Source: Halobacterium hubeiense
GTDB lineage: Archaea > Halobacteriota > Halobacteria > Halobacteriales > Halobacteriaceae
Direction of reading: 5' to 3'
Length of the DNA stretch: 40,000 bases
Assembly (NCBI RefSeq): GCF_001488575.1
Contig: NZ_LN831304.1
Coordinates: 52,626-92,625, forward strand
In this document: positions 32,283-40,000 of the stretch, piece after piece
How the letters are laid out: each line of letters opens with the position of its first letter
Numbering within the stretch: the stretch's first letter is position 1
The notes under the pieces: generated by a model
Told to the model about the DNA's origin: nothing
The model's input: the letters and a program-made list of their open reading frames with translations, nothing else
Database searches by the model: none
Program-made: the position numbers and the translations under genes

Positions 32283-32292
32283 ACAATACTAT
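32283..32292 (+). promoter_or_regulatory. ACAATACTAT box, copy 3, in the divergent rhodanese-MBL / tusA spacer. It forms the inverted repeat ATAGTA-N17-TACTAT with 32264..32269.
   Basis: Exact 10-mer. A GTATTGT (reverse of ACAATAC) and a second CCAATACAG lie at 32423..32447. Confidence 0.5.
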
Positions 32293-32467
32293 ACTGGGCT
32301 GAATTCCGTTACAACCGGATTAAACTCCCTGAATAGGGGCTATTCCCCATTTGGCGCCTAATTGTGGCTTAGAGTAGTTAGTAGTGTTCACAAGAATCGA
32401 CAATCTTTTACTTGGGTAGGGGGTATTGTGCGATAGCTCCAATACAGACTCACGGAGCAGATAACCA

Positions 32468-32713
32468 ATGAGTGCTGAATTCGACATCACGGAGACGCTC
32501 GACGTCAAAGGCGCATCGTGCCCCATGCCAGTAGTGAAGACGAAGTCCGCCATCGACGACCTCGCCGAGGGTGAAATCCTCGAAGTGCTGGCGACTGACT
32601 CTGGGAGCATGAGCGACATCGACGGCTGGGCGTCCGGCACCGCCGGCGTCGAGCTCGTCGAGCAGGAGGAAGGCGACGACGTGTACAAACACTACGTCCG
32701 CAAGACGGAGTAA
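32468..32713 (+). CDS. tusA: TusA-like sulfurtransferase
   Basis: It has the LDVKGASCPMPVVKTK (CPxP) motif and is 81 aa long. Confidence 0.85.
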   Translation: MSAEFDITETLDVKGASCPMPVVKTKSAIDDLAEGEILEVLATDSGSMSDIDGWASGTAGVELVEQEEGDDVYKHYVRKTE

Positions 32714-32715
32714 CG

Positions 32716-33288
32716 ATGAGCACGGACACACCCGACGCGTCGGCCGACGACGCGCCCTCGCGTGCGGAACTGGCCGCGCGCGTCGACGAACTCGAGGACG
32801 CGCTCGCCGACGCCACCAGCGAGGACGACGCCAAGAAGATGAGCATCATCGCCACGAAGGGGACGCTGGACATGGCGTACCCGCCGCTGATCCTCGCCAG
32901 CACCGCGGCCGCGTTCGGCTACGAGGTGACCGTCTTCCACACGTTCTGGGGGCTGGAAATCCTCCACGAGGAACGCTCGAAGAACCTCAAACTCAGCTCC
33001 GTCGGCAACCCCAACATGCCCGTCCCGAACGCCGTCGCCGCGCTCCCGGGCATGGACCGCGTGACGACGAAGATGATGGAGAAGAAAATCGAGGACAACG
33101 ACACCGCCTCCATCGAGGAACTCATTGAGACGAGCCTCGACATGGGCGTGGAGTTCCAGGCCTGTCAGATGACCATCGACCTGATGGACTACGACGAGGA
33201 CGACTTCTACGACGGCGTCACCACGGGGGTCGGTGCCGCGACAGCCCTCGAGGACATGGCCGACGCCGACATCCAACTCCTTGTGTAA
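32716..33288 (+). CDS. DsrE/DsrF-like family protein
   Basis: It contains [40 protein letters not shown] and sits immediately after tusA. Confidence 0.7.
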   Translation: MSTDTPDASADDAPSRAELAARVDELEDALADATSEDDAKKMSIIATKGTLDMAYPPLILASTAAAFGYEVTVFHTFWGLEILHEERSKNLKLSSVGNPNMPVPNAVAALPGMDRVTTKMMEKKIEDNDTASIEELIETSLDMGVEFQACQMTIDLMDYDEDDFYDGVTTGVGAATALEDMADADIQLLV

Positions 33289-33467
33289 TCACGAGATTCA
33301 GCTACTACCCCGTTCGCCATCCGGTGAAGCGTCAGTTTGAATCGGCTTTCCTCTTTACGCCCGACAGCCTGCATATTCTCGTGCGCCCACCGTGTACCGT
33401 GTCCTTGCAGATCGCCACGCCGCTTCTCGTATTTGCGCCGCCAGTGGTCGAACTCGTCACAGATTGT

Positions 33468-35417
33468 TTAGAATGTGAAGTCCCATTCGTCCTCGTCGTC
33501 GAACTGACCCGGCGGACGTTGGGTATCTGCGAGTTGGTCCAACAGCGTTGGATGGCCTGACCTTGCTCGTGGAGATGCGTCCACGACGCCGCCAAATCGG
33601 AGCCCGGGCATCGTCTGCTGTAGCTGGCGGAGCAGTTTGAGGGTGGGGGATCGAGCCAACGTCGGGGCTCCGGTCCCACCGTCTGCGACCATTCCGACTG
33701 GTCCTGTGGGGCGGAAGGCTCGCGAAAGTGAGCCGTCACCGTCAGTATCTACACCGGGAGCACCCCGCCAGTAGTTCCCTTGCCAGACATGTAACACGTT
33801 GAAGCGCGCCGTGTCGGCGTACTGGCGATTATACGCGATGTCATTATCGGTGACGCGATTCGTCGGGAACAGCGACATCGCCCGAATGCCCACACGGTTG
33901 AACGCCGCGACGTTCTCCTCGTAGACTGAATACTGCCCTTGCACGACGATTCCATGTCGGTTGTGAGTCACCACATTTTCCGCGACGTAACTCGACCGAC
34001 CGAACACGAGGACACCGTTCCTGCTGTTCTCGACGGCGTTCCTCGTGACGACGTTCCGGTTCGACCGGTCATGAATATAAACGCCGACATACGTGTCCTC
34101 GACGTCGTTACCAGCAGCGAACGCGCCCTGAGCGTACACGCTGAACACGCCGATCATCATCCCCTCCATCGAGGAGTCCCGGACAGTGAACGACTGGGTG
34201 TCGTGGGCGAAGACGCCGACTTTCCCACCGTAGAACGTAGAGTTCTGAACGAGGGCGGGTGCACCAAGAATGGAGACGCCGAGGAACCCGTCCTCCCAAT
34301 CTTGCGTTCCTACAACCGTGAGGTTCGAGACCGTGAGATTCGGGCTATTCCGTGCGATGACGCCATTTGCGCGCGTCTGCATTCGAACGTCCATGACGAG
34401 AGACCTCGCGGATCGCTCGAAGACAAGTCCGGCGTCGCCGTATCCGTGCGTCGTCCAGTACCGTTCCCGGAACGACTCGTTCCGGACAGGCACGCTCGTA
34501 ACGTTCGCGCTATCGCGGGTCCGTACCGTCCCGATGCCGGCCAGTGAGAGGTCGGCGATCGCAACGCGTGACGTGTTCACGTAGACGACGCTGCGATTTC
34601 TGTCACCGATGATGCGCGTTCGGTTGGCGCCGTCGCCACGAATCGTCAGGGGTTTGTCTATCGTGATGTCGGAGACGGAATGGTTCCCGCTCGCCAGCCG
34701 AATCGTTGTGTTCGGTGGCGCAGCCTGAACCGCTGCGGTCAGCGATTCGTTTGGTTCGACGGTCGCCGTAACTGGCCGATTGAGAAGCGACCGCGCACGA
34801 GCGGCCGTACGGTCCGCGCGCTTGCTTCGGGTCTCACTGAAGCGCTGCCATTCCGACGCGGAACGCCCCGCAACGCCGACATCTAACTGATGGACCGCGC
34901 CCCACCGTTCCAGCCGTCCACCGTATTGTTGGGTGAACTCGATGGCGTCACTCCGATTCGAGAACGGCACCAGTGTCTGATTCCGCGTTGGAATACTGGC
35001 GGTACTGCCAACGACGAAGTAGGCTGTCCTAGCTGTCATCCACCCAGGATCTGCGTCCATCGGGGTTCGAAGGAGCCCATCACCTCCAACGTAGACGCCA
35101 GTTCCGGTGAAATCCGAGACGTACACAGCCATTGGCCGCCCGAATTCCCGTTCCGTACTCTCCTGTAGTCCCGCAACCATCGACGTGATACCGTAGTATC
35201 CGACGGTGAATTTGAATTGGGAGAACGCGACTTGCCCGGTTGGCAGCGCAAGCGTCGATTCGTGAGCGCGGACAACGACGTTTTCCGGGACCCCCGTGGA
35301 CTTCGTATCCTCCATCGGAACGGCGGTTACCTGCTGACTACCACCGCTCATAGCGAACGGCCCGAGGACGGCTGCAAGGACGAGTACGCCAGCAGCAGCC
35401 ACGTGCCAGAACTCCAT
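33468..35417 (-). CDS. NosL-like domain fused to a NosD-like parallel beta-helix protein
   Basis: This uses ATG 35417, giving MEFWHVAAAGVLVLAAVLG as a signal/transmembrane start. The NosL-like segment is AYFVVGSTASIP..PFSNRSDAIEFTQQYGG. It is followed by many beta-helix repeats (N.V..N.....GI). Confidence 0.7.
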   Translation of the reverse strand: MEFWHVAAAGVLVLAAVLGPFAMSGGSQQVTAVPMEDTKSTGVPENVVVRAHESTLALPTGQVAFSQFKFTVGYYGITSMVAGLQESTEREFGRPMAVYVSDFTGTGVYVGGDGLLRTPMDADPGWMTARTAYFVVGSTASIPTRNQTLVPFSNRSDAIEFTQQYGGRLERWGAVHQLDVGVAGRSASEWQRFSETRSKRADRTAARARSLLNRPVTATVEPNESLTAAVQAAPPNTTIRLASGNHSVSDITIDKPLTIRGDGANRTRIIGDRNRSVVYVNTSRVAIADLSLAGIGTVRTRDSANVTSVPVRNESFRERYWTTHGYGDAGLVFERSARSLVMDVRMQTRANGVIARNSPNLTVSNLTVVGTQDWEDGFLGVSILGAPALVQNSTFYGGKVGVFAHDTQSFTVRDSSMEGMMIGVFSVYAQGAFAAGNDVEDTYVGVYIHDRSNRNVVTRNAVENSRNGVLVFGRSSYVAENVVTHNRHGIVVQGQYSVYEENVAAFNRVGIRAMSLFPTNRVTDNDIAYNRQYADTARFNVLHVWQGNYWRGAPGVDTDGDGSLSRAFRPTGPVGMVADGGTGAPTLARSPTLKLLRQLQQTMPGLRFGGVVDASPRARSGHPTLLDQLADTQRPPGQFDDEDEWDFTF

Positions 35418-35494
35418 ATCAGACGTTATGGGAGGCGTGACAAAGAGTGGTGGGGCAGTACACTTTTTCGAGTGGCCAGTAAATTGCCACACGA

Positions 35495-36259
35495 ATGGGT
35501 GAACGTGTCGCCACGAGCGACGAAAACACCCCTGCGGCAGCGTCGGCTGTCGTCGAGGCTACGGATATCTCGAAATCGTTCGGCGATGTCGCCGTCCTCG
35601 AAGAGGTATCGTTTTCGATACCCGATAACAGGGTGACGGCGATTATCGGGCCGAATGGATCCGGGAAGACGACGCTGGCGGAACTCATTACGGGCGTAGA
35701 CACACCGACTGCTGGTGAAATCACACTCCATGCCGGTGGCGAACGACCTGTCGGGTATCTCCCGCAAGACCCACGGTTTCAGCCGTCGGCGACGGTCCAC
35801 GAGACGATAGCGTTCTACGCGGCGTTGCTCGCGGGCGAGACCGACGTCGATGCCGCACTCGCACGCGTTGGACTCGAAGCCGCGGCCGATCGTCGAACGG
35901 ATGCACTTTCTGGGGGGATGCGTCGTCTCCTTGGCATCGCGGTGAGTCTACTAGGATCACCCGAACTGGTTGTGCTTGATGAACCGACGAGCGGCCTCGA
36001 TCCAGAGATGACTCGGCACGTATACGATGTGATTTCCGGGTTGACCGAGCGCGACCAGGCCGTCGTGCTGACGACCCACGACCTGTCGCGCGCGGCCGAC
36101 GCCGATTACCTACTTGTGGTGTCTGATGGCGATATCGTCTCGGCTGGGTCTCCGAACGCAGTGCGTGCAGACACGGAGACGGACACCCTAGCGGACGCCT
36201 TCGAGACAGCGGTCCGGGGCCGCACGGTTACATCCAAGGGGAGTGATCGCAGTGAGTGA
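35495..36259 (+). CDS. ABC transporter ATP-binding protein (NosF-like)
   Basis: Walker A is GPNGSGKTT, the signature is LSGGMRRLL and Walker B is LVVLDEPTSGLD. Confidence 0.85.
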   Translation: MGERVATSDENTPAAASAVVEATDISKSFGDVAVLEEVSFSIPDNRVTAIIGPNGSGKTTLAELITGVDTPTAGEITLHAGGERPVGYLPQDPRFQPSATVHETIAFYAALLAGETDVDAALARVGLEAAADRRTDALSGGMRRLLGIAVSLLGSPELVVLDEPTSGLDPEMTRHVYDVISGLTERDQAVVLTTHDLSRAADADYLLVVSDGDIVSAGSPNAVRADTETDTLADAFETAVRGRTVTSKGSDRSE

Positions 36260-37061
36260 CGCCACCCGGCAGTTCACCGCCATTTTCGAGCGAGAGTTGC
36301 GGTCACTTGTACGGTCCCGGTCGGTTTGGTTGTTGGCCCTCGGATTCTTCGCGCTGGTCGTGGCGATTGCGATCCTCGGCGGGCAAGCAGGCTATGTACC
36401 GCTCGTACTCGCGTTACTCACGCCGGTCGAGGTTCTGGTGCCGGTGCTGGTGGTTGCACTCGGGTATCGTGCAATTCTCGGCGACCGGTTGCGGGGGGTG
36501 CTGAAAGTCCTCGATACATTTCCGGTAACGCCAATTCGGTACGGACTCGGCGTCTACTGTGGCCGACTCGCAGTCGCACTCGGTATTATCCTCGTGACAC
36601 TGTTGGCAGCGGCGTTCGTCGTTCCACTGTCGGGCGGCTCACCGAACGTGCTTGCACAATCCGGGGGATTAGACTCGCCAGTGTACTACGCGCGGTACGT
36701 CGCGCTGACGATGGTGTTCGCGGGTGTTGTCCTAGCCATCACGCTATTGCTTTCGTCAATAGCGCGGTCTGCTCGTCGTGGACTCGTGTCAGCGGTCGGC
36801 TTGTTGCTCGTGGTCGTCGTCGGCTTCGACCTCGTCGTGATTGCCGGGGTCGGACGAGGGTGGATTGTCGAGCGTGGACTGGGTAGCGCGCTTGCAGCAA
36901 GTCCGCTAAGCGCGTATCGCGGACTCGTGCTGACCTACGCTGTCGAGCCGGCCGTCACGATGACGGTCCGAGCTGCATCCCCGGCCGCGAGTGTGTTCTC
37001 ACTTGCTGTGTGGACATCACTGTCCGTGCTCACGGCGGCCGGGCTAACCGGAATCGAGTAA
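36243..37061 (+). CDS. ABC-2 type permease (NosY-like)
   Basis: A polytopic hydrophobic ORF that overlaps the ATPase stop. It has a GTG start. Confidence 0.7.
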   Translation: MIAVSDATRQFTAIFERELRSLVRSRSVWLLALGFFALVVAIAILGGQAGYVPLVLALLTPVEVLVPVLVVALGYRAILGDRLRGVLKVLDTFPVTPIRYGLGVYCGRLAVALGIILVTLLAAAFVVPLSGGSPNVLAQSGGLDSPVYYARYVALTMVFAGVVLAITLLLSSIARSARRGLVSAVGLLLVVVVGFDLVVIAGVGRGWIVERGLGSALAASPLSAYRGLVLTYAVEPAVTMTVRAASPAASVFSLAVWTSLSVLTAAGLTGIE

Positions 37062-37306
37062 TCGTCAAAGTGACGAATACAGTCGAATGCTAAAGACCAC
37101 TTATGTACGGTAAGCACGATGTCGTTACTGACAAGGACGATCACGTCGAGGACGACTGAATCAGACAGTCACTTCTCAGATAGTCTCTCGTACCTCACCG
37201 AATGCTGCCTCGTCGGAGCTGCCTAGGTTGAACGAACGCTCGCCGGTGAGACCTATCGTATGTATACCTGCTCGTGTTGTCCAGCCAAGGTCGGTCTGGG
37301 AGGATG

Positions 37307-38302
37307 TCACCCGCCGTAACCCTCGCCCTCGATTGGACCGCTGAAGACGCCGTAAAGGAATTTGAAGTACCACAAGACCAGCAGCAGGACCGGGAATCCG
37401 AGGACGGTCACGAGGTTCAACGCTAGCGGCGACACGACGGCTTCTCTCACCAGCAGTCCGGTCGGCGGATAGACCGTCGGATACAGCAACACCGCGACCA
37501 AGAGCGTCAGCAGCGTGGGGAGCGCCAGCGCGCTCGCGAGCCACGCCCGGTACCGGCCGCGTCTGGCCAGCACGCTCCCGCTCACCCCGGCGACGATAGA
37601 GAGCGCGACGACTGCAGCGACGGGCAGCGAGAGCACCGCGCCGGCGGCCCCACCCGCATCGGTTGCGACAACGGTCCCCAACAGGACGACCACGCCGCCG
37701 AGGTACGCGACCGTCGCGCCGACGCCGTACGAACGCAACTCCGACGCCAACTCAGGGTCGGTCTTCGCGGCGAGGAACGCCGTCCCCGTGACTATCGAGA
37801 CCGCGACCAGACCGACGCCGGTCAGCACCACCGGTAGCGTCGCCTCACCGAAGAGCCACCGGCCGGCGAGCATCCCCAACAGCAGCGGCGCGAACACGCT
37901 CCCGCCGACGAAGGCGTAGTCGGTGTAGCGCTTCCAGCGCTCGTCCTCGCGCTGCTCGCGGAGCTCCGGACCGAGCCCGCGGAACACCAACGCAACGACG
38001 AACCCGAGTGCGAGCAGATAGTTGTCCGCCAGGAGCCGCGAGTACACGCGCGGGAACGCCGCCAGCAACATTGTCCCGAACGCCACGATCCACACCTCGT
38101 TGGCGTCCCACACTGGGCCGAACGCCGCCAGGAACGTCTCCCGCTCGTGTTCGTCCGCCCGGGTCGCGTACAGCATCCCGATACCGAAGTCGAAGCCGTC
38201 GAGGACGATGTACATCCCCAACGCGAACATCACGGCGCCGAACCAGACCTCCGGCAGGGAGTCGACGAGGTACGTGTCGACGGGAATCAGTGGGTCAGTC
38301 AT
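37307..38302 (-). CDS. cydB: Cytochrome bd oxidase subunit II
   Basis: The N-terminus LPEVWFGAVMFALGMYIVLDGFDFGIGML is typical of CydB. Confidence 0.85.
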   Translation of the reverse strand: MTDPLIPVDTYLVDSLPEVWFGAVMFALGMYIVLDGFDFGIGMLYATRADEHERETFLAAFGPVWDANEVWIVAFGTMLLAAFPRVYSRLLADNYLLALGFVVALVFRGLGPELREQREDERWKRYTDYAFVGGSVFAPLLLGMLAGRWLFGEATLPVVLTGVGLVAVSIVTGTAFLAAKTDPELASELRSYGVGATVAYLGGVVVLLGTVVATDAGGAAGAVLSLPVAAVVALSIVAGVSGSVLARRGRYRAWLASALALPTLLTLLVAVLLYPTVYPPTGLLVREAVVSPLALNLVTVLGFPVLLLVLWYFKFLYGVFSGPIEGEGYGG

Positions 38303-39743
38303 CGCTGGTCACCCACGGGAGAGGGCCACGCCAGCGGCCCGAACTCGACTCTTGGACGCCGAGCGACCGGAGCTCTCTACGAATCAGCCACTTCAGGACG
38401 TACAGCGCCGTCAGTATCAACGCGACGTAGAGGACGACGAACCCGACCAGGGTCAGGGTCGCTTCGGTCCCAGTGAGCGTCGAGGAGACCGCCTCGCTCG
38501 TCTTGAGTTCGCCCTGGATGACCCACGGTTGGCGGCCGATCTCGGTGACGTACCAGCCGGTGAGCAACGCCGCATAGCCGAATGGCGATGCCGCGATCAT
38601 CGCCTTCAGGTAGCGCGTACTCTCGGTCAACCGTCCGCGGTACGTGAGGTACCCGCCCCAGAGCGCGAGCGCGATGAACAGGAACCCGAGCCCGACCATG
38701 AAGCGGAACGACCAGAACACGAGCGCGACGGGGGGGTTCTCCTCGTACTCGTTCAGGCCGATGACCTCGGCGTCGAAGTCCCCGCCACTGGCGAGGAACG
38801 ACCCGATTCCGGGGAGACTCACCGTGAAGAGGTTCTCGGCGCGCGGGTCGGTGAGCGCGTCGAGGGACTTCGGGAACGCGAGCAGGTGGAGGTCGGCCGA
38901 CCCCGTCTCGTAGTGGGCTTCCATCGCGGCGAACTTCTGGGGCTGCGTATCCTCGACGTGTCGGCCGTAGGCGTCGCCGTGGACCGCCTGCAACGGCGCC
39001 GAGACGAGTAGCAGGACGACGGCGAGTTTGAGCGCGGAGTTCCAGGCGTCCGCGTTCGGCTTCTTCCAGACGACGTACGCCGAGACGCCCGCGACGAGCA
39101 GCGCGACCGATATCACCGACGCGTTCATCATGTGAACGTACATCCACGGCATTCGCGGGGTGAGGAACGCCGCGACCGGGTCAGTGAGCTTGGCTACCTC
39201 CATCCCGTTGCGGGTAACCATCTCGTAGCCCCGAGGCGTCTGCATCCACGCGTTGACGACCAGAATCCAGAACCCCGACAGCCAGGCACCGACCCCGACG
39301 AGGACCGAGGAGAGGACGTACGTTCGGTCCGCGACGCGCTCGCGGCCGTACAGCAACACGCCGAGGAAGACGGCTTCCAAGAAGAACGCCATCTTCGCCT
39401 CGAATGCGAGTGGCCCACCGATCAGTTCACCGGCGATTGTGGCGAACTGCGGGAAGTTCGTCCCGAACTGGAAGCTCATTGGGATACCGGTGACCGTTCC
39501 CATCACGAAGCCAGCGGCGAACACCTTCACCCAAAACGAGCGTAACCGCGCATACTGCTGCTCGTTAGTTCGTACGTCTTTCCAGGTGAAGTAGATGATA
39601 AACGGTGCGAGCCCGATCGAGAGAGACGCGAAAATGATGTGCACGGAGATCGTCCACCCGAACTGCATACGGCTCGCGGTTTCCGGAGAGAGCAAGGCTA
39701 TCCACCCCAGGTCGACGGTGGGTAGAAGTGTCGCTGGGACCAT
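38295..39743 (-). CDS. cydA: Cytochrome bd oxidase subunit I
   Basis: RMQFGWTISVHIIFASLSIGLAPFI..GIPMSFQFGTNFPQF is typical of CydA. It overlaps cydB by 8 nt. Confidence 0.9.
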   Translation of the reverse strand: MVPATLLPTVDLGWIALLSPETASRMQFGWTISVHIIFASLSIGLAPFIIYFTWKDVRTNEQQYARLRSFWVKVFAAGFVMGTVTGIPMSFQFGTNFPQFATIAGELIGGPLAFEAKMAFFLEAVFLGVLLYGRERVADRTYVLSSVLVGVGAWLSGFWILVVNAWMQTPRGYEMVTRNGMEVAKLTDPVAAFLTPRMPWMYVHMMNASVISVALLVAGVSAYVVWKKPNADAWNSALKLAVVLLLVSAPLQAVHGDAYGRHVEDTQPQKFAAMEAHYETGSADLHLLAFPKSLDALTDPRAENLFTVSLPGIGSFLASGGDFDAEVIGLNEYEENPPVALVFWSFRFMVGLGFLFIALALWGGYLTYRGRLTESTRYLKAMIAASPFGYAALLTGWYVTEIGRQPWVIQGELKTSEAVSSTLTGTEATLTLVGFVVLYVALILTALYVLKWLIRRELRSLGVQESSSGRWRGPLPWVTSDD

Positions 39744-40000
39744 GGTTTAGACACTGCGGAGCGCAATATGATTAGCTACTAGGCGATTCCCGAATTTCGA
39801 TATACACCACAAAATTTTTATAGATTGGAATGTAATTTTCCAGAAACAATAGATAAGTTCAGGTTCTGATATACGCCCGGTTCGGAAACGAGAGAAACAG
39901 CATTGAACCTCTCGACGCGAGGACCACCGAGGCCGTGCGAGAAAACTAGTGCTATCAGAGGGTGGTCTTCGGTAGGAACCTAACCGCTCACGCTGCGCCG

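Noticed and set aside
38022-39147. Long ORFs overlapping cydA/cydB, in alternative frames on both strands (329 aa on plus, 256 aa on minus)
   Set aside because: They overlap the clearly recognisable cytochrome bd subunits and are Arg-rich with no motifs.
39744-40000. The AT-rich right end of the window as a possible origin or RNA gene
   Set aside because: It contains TATA-like runs in the position expected for the cydAB promoter (aatcatatt about 30 nt upstream of the start, ctataaaaatttt further upstream). I saw no ORB-like repeats or structured elements.

Overview
The window looks haloarchaeal (Halobacteria-like): high GC, a strongly acidic proteome, TBP/TFB genes, GGTGA-type Shine-Dalgarno sequences and many small CxxC zinc-ribbon proteins. 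It falls into three parts. (1) 0-5.4 kb holds Usp, an Lrp/TrkA-C regulator, a TFB / zinc-ribbon / TBP cluster and a TumE-like pair. (2) About 5.5-25.1 kb is an accessory, plasmid- or provirus-like region made almost entirely of plus-strand hypothetical genes. It also carries two TnpB-family nucleases (one canonical DUF2080+TnpB IS, one atypically large), a membrane-anchored Mrr-like nuclease, a possible Mom/GNAT-like protein, a DUF932-like protein, a HEAR-repeat HNH endonuclease and an ArdC-like protein. (3) 25.1-40 kb is housekeeping-like: trxA, a frameshifted trxB, a sulfur-trafficking island (HTH regulator, TauE, PiT, 2x YeeE, rhodanese-MBL, TusA, DsrE-like), a NosL-NosD fusion with an ABC transporter, and cytochrome bd oxidase cydAB. 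The most unusual signal is not a protein. A roughly 30-nt module recurs about 15 times: a TGTTT-rich box, then a short GC stem whose sequence covaries between copies, enclosing a conserved GA(G/T)GGGTG(C/A) loop. All copies are on the plus strand, directly 5' of nearly every plus-strand transcription unit from 2.3 to 24.1 kb, including the TFB gene; a divergent variant precedes the TBP gene. Three conserved TTAACCAACA...TGTTGGTTAA palindromes accompany some copies. I saw no rRNA, tRNA or CRISPR array. All family assignments come from reading the translations; no database search was possible.
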